A stretch of DNA of 64,000 nucleotides from Candidatus Moranbacteria bacterium GW2011_GWE2_35_2- (GTDB taxonomy: Bacteria; Patescibacteriota; Minisyncoccia; Moranbacterales; UBA9337), in contig LBQD01000001.1 in the NCBI GenBank assembly GCA_000990585.1, forward strand, positions 207,276-271,275, read 5' to 3'. A program made the position numbers and the translations under genes. The notes below the pieces were generated by a model. It was not told where the DNA came from. It did no database searches and saw only the letters and a program-made list of their open reading frames with translations. Numbering within the stretch: position 1 is the stretch's first letter; the number at the start of each line of letters is the position of its first letter. Shown piece by piece: positions 9,561 to 17,120 of the stretch.

Positions 9561-10193
9561 TTATAATGGAATTATTTCTATTGGCACGGCTTGATCAGCA
9601 TTTTCCATTGGCATATTCTCCTCTGCATCATCATCTTCTTTTGTAATATCGCCTTCTTCACTATTTAAATCCTCCTCTTGATTTTCCAATATGTCAATTT
9701 CCTCTTCCTCGCCAGCTTCTTCCAAAGCTTCCGCATCTTCCGCACAGTCATCTTCCTCAAGACATTTGTCGGTTTCTTCAATTGGATTTTGAGCGGAAAA
9801 AATAGCAGGATCATTGCAACTTGTTGCGGAATAATTTTCCATATTTTCCTCGGTGCAAAATTCCTCCCCGCAATCCTTCTCGCCCTCAGAGCACAAAAAC
9901 GGCTCACATTCTTCATCCGCATCCGGATCGCAAAAAGGAATATCACTGGCATTTCTTCTGACAACTTTGAAATACCAAACATCTTCTTCCATATTTCCCG
10001 TACAGGCTTCCCCTTCTTCGAATGATTCCGGATCACATTCCCACACAAAGCAGTTTTCACTATATGGGTCGCAATCAACTTGCGATTCGATAATATAATC
10101 CTTTTTAATTACTATCCTCCAAAATGTCGCTCCGATAGAAATAAAAATTAACGCAATGAAAACCGCTATCAGTATCTTTGATTTTTTATCCAT
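9561..10193 (-). CDS. Membrane-anchored Cys-rich, polyacidic protein, unknown function
   Basis: N-terminal signal-anchor helix (ILIAVFIALIFISIGATFW). At least 14 Cys in CDP/CEP-type repeats. Extremely D/E-rich C-terminal tail. Last gene of the 14541..9561 minus-strand operon. Confidence 0.5.
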   Translation of the reverse strand: MDKKSKILIAVFIALIFISIGATFWRIVIKKDYIIESQVDCDPYSENCFVWECDPESFEEGEACTGNMEEDVWYFKVVRRNASDIPFCDPDADEECEPFLCSEGEKDCGEEFCTEENMENYSATSCNDPAIFSAQNPIEETDKCLEEDDCAEDAEALEEAGEEEEIDILENQEEDLNSEEGDITKEDDDAEENMPMENADQAVPIEIIPL

Positions 10194-10234
10194 TTTTTTA
10201 AAAAAATTATATTAATTTTTATTTTACCGCCCTT

Positions 10235-12136
10235 TTATTTCTCCATTTTATTCTTACTGATTAAATTTCGTATCTCTTTCAAATCTACGTTTGGTTTTTT
10301 TCTGAGATTTTTGAATTTTTTTGGCGCAACATTTTGCAGTTGTGAAAGTTTTACAGGAATTCCGGAAGGAACATATATCGCCGGTTCAATTTTATTCTGA
10401 AACGGTTGAGTTTCTTCCGGTTCTTTTTTTGGAACAACCTTTTCCGCTTCCTTCTGTTTAGCTTTTGCTATCGTTCGCTGATAATCTTTAAGACAATCTT
10501 TGCAAAAAGTCGGTCTTTTTCCATCCGGCTTGAATGGAACCTTCACATTCGTTTCACAAGTGGCGCATTTGGCATCATACAAAACACGCTCAACATTACC
10601 ATCCTCAACATTTTGAGACTCAACTCTTTTTTCCGAAATCAAAACTTTATCCTGCGAGCGAGACTGAGATTGAACTTGCGTCGCCTGAGGTCGCAATTGC
10701 GGTTGTGGTTGTTGCCGTCGCGAAGAAACTTGCGGTCGAACAGATGGTTTTTCCCCGGACGCATTGTCTTTCTGATAACTTTTTCGAGTATTTTGACTGT
10801 CATTTTGATAATCATCATCTCCTCCATCAAAACTCACGCCACTATCAATAACCATTCCGCTCCAACGCGCAATCTTTTCTTCCACCTCTTTTTTATTACT
10901 ACCATACCTTTCTCTTGAATTGCGAATAATCTTTTCGAAATTTTTTTCCGTTTCCTTAATTTCCACCGGTGGCAATGTCGTCGCTGAAAAAGCATCTCCC
11001 GCTACTCCATCAATCATCAGCTTTAAATAAACATGATACTTTGGAAGATTAATGATATCATTAGCCATGAAAACTGGCTCAAATTCTTTTTCTAATTGCT
11101 CGGCATCTTCGGCTCCCACTCGAAAAGCAATAATTGTTCCAACGTTTCCAAAAACCGCATCACGCACCGTTGCATTGCCATCAATAACCAGCTGACTAAT
11201 GTATTGATGTGCCAAAGTAAGACTCAACCGATATTTCCGAGCCTCAGACAAAATACTAGCGAAAGATTCAGTTGCAAAATTTTGAAATTCATCCACGTGC
11301 AAATAAAAATCTTTTCTTTCGTCTTCCGGAATATCGACGCGTCCCATTACTCCCAATTGAATTTTTGTCACAATCATTCCACCCAAAAGACGCATCGCAT
11401 CTTCTCCGATTCTTCCCTTGGAAAGATTAACAATCAAGATTTTCTTGTTATCCATAATCTCCCGCATATCAATGGTAGATTTTGGTTGACCGACAATGTG
11501 CCGAATCACTGACGAAGAAAGAAATTGACCAACTTTATTTTGAATTGCCGCTACCGCTTCCTTTCTGAATCGATCCTCCCATTTGTCAAACTCATTAATC
11601 CAAAAAGATTTTACTACCGGATCTTTAATTTTCACATAAACCCTCTTCCGATAATCTTTGTCAGACATCATACGGCTTACTCCAAGCATTGTCGATCCGG
11701 GATAATCCAAAAGCGCCAAAATAGTATTATTCAGAATATATTCCATTCGAGGACTCCATACATCTGGCCAGATTTTTTTGAATACTCCCATCATACCGGA
11801 AGCTACTAGGTTTTTTTTATCTTCATCCACCGCCTCTAAAATATTAAAAGCAATTGGATATTCCGCATCTGACGGATTGAGATAAATCACATCGTTGATT
11901 CTTTCCGCCGGAACAGCCTTTAAAATTTTTTCCGCCGTATCTCCGTGCGGATCAATATATGCAACTCCGTGTCCATTGCGAATATCTTGAATCACCAAAT
12001 GCTCCAATAAATTGGTTTTTCCCATACCGGTTTTTCCAATCACATAAATATGTCTCCGTCGATCGTCGGTCTTAATTCCAAATTCCGTTTCGCGATTACG
12101 AAAATTTGTTTTAGCAAAAAAAGTTATATCGGACAT
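10235..12136 (-). CDS. P-loop ATPase of the TraG/VirD4 coupling-protein / HerA-DUF87 type, with a C-terminal Q/S/R-rich low-complexity tail and a C4 zinc ribbon
   Basis: Walker A IGKTGMGKT near the N-terminus. AYIDPHGD resembles the DPHGE/DPKGE box. Walker B FYLHVDEFQNF. RKYRLSLTLAHQYISQL resembles the TraG-D_C Qs.sQL motif. Tail QQPQPQLRPQATQVQSQSRSQ followed by CATCETNVKVPFKPDGKRPTFCKDC. No N-terminal TM domain. Confidence 0.65.
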   Translation of the reverse strand: MSDITFFAKTNFRNRETEFGIKTDDRRRHIYVIGKTGMGKTNLLEHLVIQDIRNGHGVAYIDPHGDTAEKILKAVPAERINDVIYLNPSDAEYPIAFNILEAVDEDKKNLVASGMMGVFKKIWPDVWSPRMEYILNNTILALLDYPGSTMLGVSRMMSDKDYRKRVYVKIKDPVVKSFWINEFDKWEDRFRKEAVAAIQNKVGQFLSSSVIRHIVGQPKSTIDMREIMDNKKILIVNLSKGRIGEDAMRLLGGMIVTKIQLGVMGRVDIPEDERKDFYLHVDEFQNFATESFASILSEARKYRLSLTLAHQYISQLVIDGNATVRDAVFGNVGTIIAFRVGAEDAEQLEKEFEPVFMANDIINLPKYHVYLKLMIDGVAGDAFSATTLPPVEIKETEKNFEKIIRNSRERYGSNKKEVEEKIARWSGMVIDSGVSFDGGDDDYQNDSQNTRKSYQKDNASGEKPSVRPQVSSRRQQPQPQLRPQATQVQSQSRSQDKVLISEKRVESQNVEDGNVERVLYDAKCATCETNVKVPFKPDGKRPTFCKDCLKDYQRTIAKAKQKEAEKVVPKKEPEETQPFQNKIEPAIYVPSGIPVKLSQLQNVAPKKFKNLRKKPNVDLKEIRNLISKNKMEK

Positions 12137-12163
12137 AGTTTTATTAAATCATTGAAACAATTT

Positions 12164-13483
12164 TTATATTGGCAAATTTGCCGGTGCCCCTCCTCGCTTA
12201 GATTCGACTTTTTTCACTGAAGGTGCCACAACTGTCATATCCGGAAAATGAAAAATGGTCGCCAATTCCTCGGTATTGAGAAAAAATTTTGTTCCGGTCG
12301 GATCACGATCTTTGTACCTTTGAAATATTTTACGCTGGCGAAAAAGTGCGCGCATTTTTCCTCCTAAATAAACTCCATATGTCTTCGTTGCATTATCATG
12401 TTTAAATCCGTTCAAATTGGAATCGGAAAATTGGCGAATACCTCCCATAAAAGCTCCTATAACCGAACGATCAAGATTTTCTCTTTTTCCCAAAACAAGC
12501 AATCTGATTTTAGTTAGAAAAACCGTCTTACCCATTGATTCTTCGATCGCTTTCATCACCTCTTTTTCTCCGGGAGTGAGTCTGAATTCCAAAGGAGTTT
12601 GATCCGCCTTATCTTCCTTGGACGGAGCAAATTCCACTGGAGCAAAAATACCTTGAAAAATTCCCTTTATTACATCTGCAATATCTTTTCCGATACTGTT
12701 GAATACTCCGGGCTTTTCTTTCTTGACTCTTCCTGCTAATTTATCTATCAATGCTTTTCCGGAATTATAGTAATCAAGTTCTTCCGGAATTATAATAATT
12801 TGAAACCAAACCTGCTGTCCCGGTCCAATCGTTCCCATAGCTTCAACCAACGAAGACATCGGGTCAATCATTTTTCCAGTTACACTTTCTTCAAACCAGC
12901 GATAACTGCGCAAGGGATAAGCATCCGGCTTTATGAGCATAAAATCTGTTCCCCATAAATCCCAACTCTTATTCGGCACCAATCTCGGAACGTTATTTAT
13001 ATAATCCGAAACTTCCAAAATTTCCGCATTCGGATATTGTGCGTAAACATGCGATTCAACCAATTTTCTGTTTTGTTTCGTAGTGCGAATATAAAAATGA
13101 ACCTGTCCAGCATCACTCACTAATTCAAGACTAAAACTCAATGTAAGAGCGCCATCAACATACAAATCTTTCGCGCTAAGACCCTTATACACACCAGCAA
13201 GACCATTGTATATGGATTCCATCGGTTGCGGGCTTCTTTCTAGCTCACGAGGGGGAATAATTTCTAACAACGTCCAATCCAAAGAACCAACAAAATTATT
13301 TTGGACAAAATCCATCCAAAGCAGTTTGAATAAATAATAAAAAACGGGAGGAAGCACTATAAACCAAATTTTAGACAACAAAAACCACCCGCCTGTAATA
13401 CTTTGACCCAAATTTTGAAAAGATTCTCCGATTATCTCAAACATTTTATTTTTTATTTTTTCAGAAATTATACCTGCCCACAA
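12164..13483 (-). CDS. Membrane protein with an N-terminal TM hairpin and a large soluble domain, unknown function (operon partner of the ATPase)
   Basis: Hydrophobic segments GGWFLLSKIWFIVLPPVFYYLFKLLW near the N-terminus. Flanking genes lie 27 bp and 14 bp away on the same strand. Confidence 0.5.
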   Translation of the reverse strand: MWAGIISEKIKNKMFEIIGESFQNLGQSITGGWFLLSKIWFIVLPPVFYYLFKLLWMDFVQNNFVGSLDWTLLEIIPPRELERSPQPMESIYNGLAGVYKGLSAKDLYVDGALTLSFSLELVSDAGQVHFYIRTTKQNRKLVESHVYAQYPNAEILEVSDYINNVPRLVPNKSWDLWGTDFMLIKPDAYPLRSYRWFEESVTGKMIDPMSSLVEAMGTIGPGQQVWFQIIIIPEELDYYNSGKALIDKLAGRVKKEKPGVFNSIGKDIADVIKGIFQGIFAPVEFAPSKEDKADQTPLEFRLTPGEKEVMKAIEESMGKTVFLTKIRLLVLGKRENLDRSVIGAFMGGIRQFSDSNLNGFKHDNATKTYGVYLGGKMRALFRQRKIFQRYKDRDPTGTKFFLNTEELATIFHFPDMTVVAPSVKKVESKRGGAPANLPI

Positions 13484-13497
13484 AAACCTTCCGGTTA

Positions 13498-14541
13498 TTA
13501 TTTTTTCACAGTATATCGATTTCTATCCACTCGAACAAAAAAATTGTTCAAATTTATCATAATTGTAGATTTTTTAACTTTTCGACTTGCTAAAACTTTA
13601 TTCAAAATTTCATCCTTGCTAAGAGGCTTTCCGCTTTGCTTGAAAATATCATCCAAAACATCCTTAACTGTTCCACGCTTATATCCCCACTCTGAAAGAG
13701 CATATACGCCTCGTCCAACCAAAACAAATCTTTTATCCTTAATTAATTCATTATGCACTGTCTGTGGATGAGATTTTTTCTTACTAAGTCCGTGTTTGTC
13801 GATAAATTCGGCGACTTTGGTAAAATGAAGGGGCTTTCCATATTCTTTCATAATCAAATACGCTTTTTCCCTTGCTCCCTTTGGATTGATATCACTCCAA
13901 TCAATCATTCCCCATTTTCCAAAATTATTGATTTTTATTTCCTTGCAAACATCCAAATAATCCAAAATCACATCCTTTTTAATAGTGGAATCAATGCTGG
14001 AAATTTCTTTTATAACTTCTTCCGAAGAAATTGCAGACTTTCTTTCCATCAAAACATTTTTTGCGATATCTTTGCATTTATTCCATTGCTCGAAATTAAA
14101 ATCCTTCAAATAAAAGGACTTTTCTATTTCCAAACCTCCCACTCGAAACTCAACGCCATTGATCACTTTCAAAAAAAACTTTATTGCGCCTTGCGTTTTG
14201 ACATTTTGACTCAAATTATTCAAAAGCTTTTCTTCCTTGATTATACCATTACTTTTTTCGATTGCAAACTTGATCTCCTTTTCAATTAACAGAATGTTTT
14301 TATCTCCCTTCTTTTTTATTTTCGCAATCGCCTCTCGTATAATTTGACGAACTCTTTCTCTGGTTATATTATATTTTTTTCCAATACCCTCCAATGTGGT
14401 TGAATATCCGTCAAGTACTCCAAATCTCATCTTAATTATTTTATCCGCTCTCTCTGGCAGAAAATCCAAAACAGCGTTCATATATTTAACCGCCGCAAAA
14501 TCCCTCTTTTCGGAAACTTTAACTTTTTTACTCTTATTCAT
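13498..14541 (-). CDS. DNA-binding protein with an N-terminal sigma-70 region-4-like HTH and C-terminal HARE-HTH-like winged-helix domain(s)
   Basis: TLEGIGKKYNITRERVRQIIREAIAKIKKKG matches sigma70 region 4. KPLHFTKVAEFIDKHGL ... KRFVLVGRGVYALSEWGY matches the HARE-HTH pattern seen in RNAP delta. A second weaker copy follows. First gene of the operon. Confidence 0.55.
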   Translation of the reverse strand: MNKSKKVKVSEKRDFAAVKYMNAVLDFLPERADKIIKMRFGVLDGYSTTLEGIGKKYNITRERVRQIIREAIAKIKKKGDKNILLIEKEIKFAIEKSNGIIKEEKLLNNLSQNVKTQGAIKFFLKVINGVEFRVGGLEIEKSFYLKDFNFEQWNKCKDIAKNVLMERKSAISSEEVIKEISSIDSTIKKDVILDYLDVCKEIKINNFGKWGMIDWSDINPKGAREKAYLIMKEYGKPLHFTKVAEFIDKHGLSKKKSHPQTVHNELIKDKRFVLVGRGVYALSEWGYKRGTVKDVLDDIFKQSGKPLSKDEILNKVLASRKVKKSTIMINLNNFFVRVDRNRYTVKK

Positions 14542-14614
14542 ATTTATTGAGAAAAATAAAATTATTTAAATTGTCAAATTAGAATAACACATATTTGGGA
14601 TAATTGTCAAGAGA

Positions 14615-14643
14615 TTGATTTTAAACTTTTCAATTGGTATAAT
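14615..14643 (+). promoter_or_regulatory. Putative sigma70 promoter of dnaB
   Basis: TTGATT (14615..14620), a 17-nt spacer, then TATAAT (14638..14643). About 22 nt upstream of the dnaB ATG. The ORF-track TTG start at 14615 is actually this -35 box. Confidence 0.4.
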
Positions 14644-14665
14644 AAATAAATCACTACTATATTAT

Positions 14666-16036
14666 ATGGCAAACAAACAATCTCAGAACAATCTGCGCGT
14701 ACCGCCGAACAATCTCGAAGCCGAACAATCGGTCCTTGGCTCATTAATGCTAGACAAAGATGCTATAATCAAGGTTGCGGATTTTTTGAATATTGGAGAT
14801 TTCTACAAAGACACACACAATATCATCTACCAATCGATGCTTAGCTTATATGAAAGCAAAGAACCGATTGATGTCTTAAGTCTTTCCAATAAGCTGGAAG
14901 AAAATAAAGAGCTGGAAATTACCGGGGGATCAAGCTATTTGGCATCGTTGGTAAATTCCGTGCCATCCTCCGCTAATGTTGTTCACTATGCAAAAGTTGT
15001 CCAGAAAAAAGCAATTCTACGCCGCCTGATTAATGTTTCCAACGAAATAACCGAGATCGGATACCAAGAATCGGAAGATGTGGAAAAAACTCTCGATCAA
15101 GCCGAACAAAAACTTTTCAGTGTTTCACAAAAGTACACAAAAAAAGATTTTGTTCCCATTAAATCAATCTTGGAAAGTGCTTTCAATCGCATCGACGAGT
15201 TGCATAAAGGCGAACATGATTTTCGCGGAATACCTACCGGTTTTTCCGATTTGGACAATATTCTTTCCGGACTGCAAAAATCCGATCTTATTATTCTCGC
15301 CGCCCGTCCATCAATCGGAAAAACGACGCTCGCATTAGATATTGCCCGCCAAATCGGAACAAAAAGCAAAATTCCGGTCGGAATATTTTCTCTGGAAATG
15401 TCCTCGGATCAACTTATCGACAGAATGATTGCCGCTGAAGCGGATGTTGATTTGTGGCGACTACGAACAGGAAGACTGCGTAGCGATGCAGGCAATGATG
15501 ACTTTCAAAGAATTGGTAGCGCTATGGGCTCGCTCAGTGAAGCGCCGATTTATATCGATGATGCCGGTAGCGCCAACATTATGGAAATTCGCACTATGGC
15601 GCGTCGATTACAATCTGAACATAAGGTCGGATTGATTATTATCGACTATTTACAATTGATGGAAGGAAGAAAAACACAAGGCGATAGCCGTGTGCAGGAA
15701 ATTTCCGAAATCTCCCGCGCCCTCAAACAGCTAGCGAGAGAAATCAATGTTCCTGTTTTGGCGCTTTCTCAATTGTCACGCGCCGTTGAATCACGCAGTC
15801 CACAAATTCCGAAACTTTCCGACCTTCGCGAATCTGGATCAATCGAACAAGACGCCGATGTTGTTCTGTTTTTGTATCGTGAAGACCGAGAAAAACCCGA
15901 TACGCCCAATAAAAATATCGTCGAAGTAATTGTTTCCAAACATAGAAACGGTCCGCTTGGAAAAGCTCAATTATATTTCAAAGAAGAATCCACTACTTTC
16001 AAAAATTTGGAAAAAATCCATAATAATCCTCAGTAA
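14666..16036 (+). CDS. dnaB: Replicative DNA helicase DnaB
   Basis: N-terminal NLEAEQSVLGSLMLD. Walker A ARPSIGKTTLALD. RecA-like core with SQLSR and the arginine finger. ATG at 14666 preferred over the upstream TTG. Confidence 0.9.
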   Translation: MANKQSQNNLRVPPNNLEAEQSVLGSLMLDKDAIIKVADFLNIGDFYKDTHNIIYQSMLSLYESKEPIDVLSLSNKLEENKELEITGGSSYLASLVNSVPSSANVVHYAKVVQKKAILRRLINVSNEITEIGYQESEDVEKTLDQAEQKLFSVSQKYTKKDFVPIKSILESAFNRIDELHKGEHDFRGIPTGFSDLDNILSGLQKSDLIILAARPSIGKTTLALDIARQIGTKSKIPVGIFSLEMSSDQLIDRMIAAEADVDLWRLRTGRLRSDAGNDDFQRIGSAMGSLSEAPIYIDDAGSANIMEIRTMARRLQSEHKVGLIIIDYLQLMEGRKTQGDSRVQEISEISRALKQLAREINVPVLALSQLSRAVESRSPQIPKLSDLRESGSIEQDADVVLFLYREDREKPDTPNKNIVEVIVSKHRNGPLGKAQLYFKEESTTFKNLEKIHNNPQ

Positions 16037-16098
16037 AAAATAACTACTATCATTATTTATTTTTCAATTTTAAGATTTAATCATCAAAAATTGAAAAT

Positions 16099-16704
16099 TT
16101 GAAAATTAATAAAGTGTACCCAAAAGTATTTAAAAATTTAATTACACATTTTTCTTCACTTCCTTCTGTTGGTCCAAAAATGGCGGAACGACTAGTTTTG
16201 TTTTTGTTTAAACAAAATCAAGACAATTTGGATGATTTTGCTAAAAATTTACTCTCATTAAAAGATTTGAAATTTTGTCAAAAATGTTTCAATATTTCCG
16301 AAGATTTGCTTTGTCATATTTGTCAGGACAAACAGAGAAGCCCTAAGGTTATTTGCGTTGTCGAAGATCCATTGGATGTGATTTCAATTGAACGCACGGG
16401 GATTTATCGCGGACTATACCATATTCTTGGTGGCACAATGCAATCATCAGGAAAATTGGAGAATAACGACTTGAAAATTCCTCAACTTCTTAATCGAGCA
16501 AAAGATGAAGAAATTGAAGAAATTATTTTAGCAACCAATCCGACAACTGAAGGGGATCTTACCGCACTCTATCTCAAACGCAAATTGGAGTCTCTTGGCA
16601 TAAAAATAACCCGCCTCGGCAGAGGAATGTCAACAGGCGGAGACATCGAATACGCCGATGAAATCACCCTCGGCAGCGCCCTAACAAACAGAAAAGAATT
16701 ATAA
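16099..16704 (+). CDS. recR: Recombination protein RecR
   Basis: HhH region LPSVGPKMAERL, C4 zinc finger CQKCFNISEDLLCHICQD, and a Toprim domain. The start codon is probably a TTG at about 16098/16099. Confidence 0.85.
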   Translation: MKINKVYPKVFKNLITHFSSLPSVGPKMAERLVLFLFKQNQDNLDDFAKNLLSLKDLKFCQKCFNISEDLLCHICQDKQRSPKVICVVEDPLDVISIERTGIYRGLYHILGGTMQSSGKLENNDLKIPQLLNRAKDEEIEEIILATNPTTEGDLTALYLKRKLESLGIKITRLGRGMSTGGDIEYADEITLGSALTNRKEL

Positions 16705-16710
16705 TATAAA

Positions 16711-16740
16711 AAAACCTCGAATCAAATCGAGGTTTTTTTT
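16711..16740. terminator. Bidirectional rho-independent terminator between recR (+) and rplU (-)
   Basis: aaaaaacctcga atcaaa tcgaggtttttttt: a 6-bp GC-containing stem, 6-nt loop, A-run before and T-run after. Confidence 0.6.
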
Positions 16741-16757
16741 GAAGTATTTTTAAAGTT

Positions 16758-17054
16758 CTATCGGGCTATTTTTGTAATTTCCACTTCGGTGCGGAGCTGT
16801 TTGTGTCCAAATTTCATTTTATATCGTTTTTTAGCTTTATGCTTCATTCCCCAAACTTTGTCGTCTTTTGTTTGAGACACAATTTTTCCCTCAACCTCCG
16901 TCTTAGGATTCAAGTCGGCACTTTTTTCATCGCCCAAAAACAAAGTTTCAAAAACCACTTTATCACCTTCAACTCCTTCGATTTTTTCAACTTTTACCTT
17001 GTCGCCCTGAACAACTTTATACTGTTTTCCTCCACTTTTAATAATTGCCAACAT
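16758..17054 (-). CDS. rplU: 50S ribosomal protein L21
   Basis: MLAIIKSGGKQYKVVQGDKVKVEKI ... FGHKQLRTEVEITKI matches the L21 consensus. Confidence 0.85.
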   Translation of the reverse strand: MLAIIKSGGKQYKVVQGDKVKVEKIEGVEGDKVVFETLFLGDEKSADLNPKTEVEGKIVSQTKDDKVWGMKHKAKKRYKMKFGHKQLRTEVEITKIAR

Positions 17055-17120
17055 ATTTTTTGAAAAATTAACTGCGAGTTATACAAAAGATATCCTACAC
17101 TTTATTACTAAAAAAGTCAA

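Noticed and set aside
9665-10098. Three overlapping ORFs (9665..10078 minus, 9678..10025 plus, 9853..10098 plus) inside the acidic Cys-rich protein gene
   Set aside because: These are shadow ORFs created by the GA/TC-rich repeats encoding the poly-D/E tail. Only the 9561..10193 frame has a signal anchor and fills the whole gap between flanking genes.
10406-11809. Several 90 to 170-aa ORFs on the + strand inside the ATPase gene
   Set aside because: They are antisense to a gene with clear Walker A/B motifs, and have no RBS or homology.
14542-14614. Possible replication origin in the dnaB-divergent intergenic region (repeated aattgtcaa motifs)
   Set aside because: No TTATCCACA-type DnaA boxes were found, and neither dnaA nor dnaN is adjacent. 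The repeats are better explained as -35-like elements of divergent promoters.
14615-14665. ORF-track start of dnaB at 14615 (TTG) adding 17 N-terminal residues
   Set aside because: The TTG is part of the TTGATT -35 box of a well-spaced promoter (TTGATT-17-TATAAT). The conserved DnaB N-terminus begins at the ATG at 14666.
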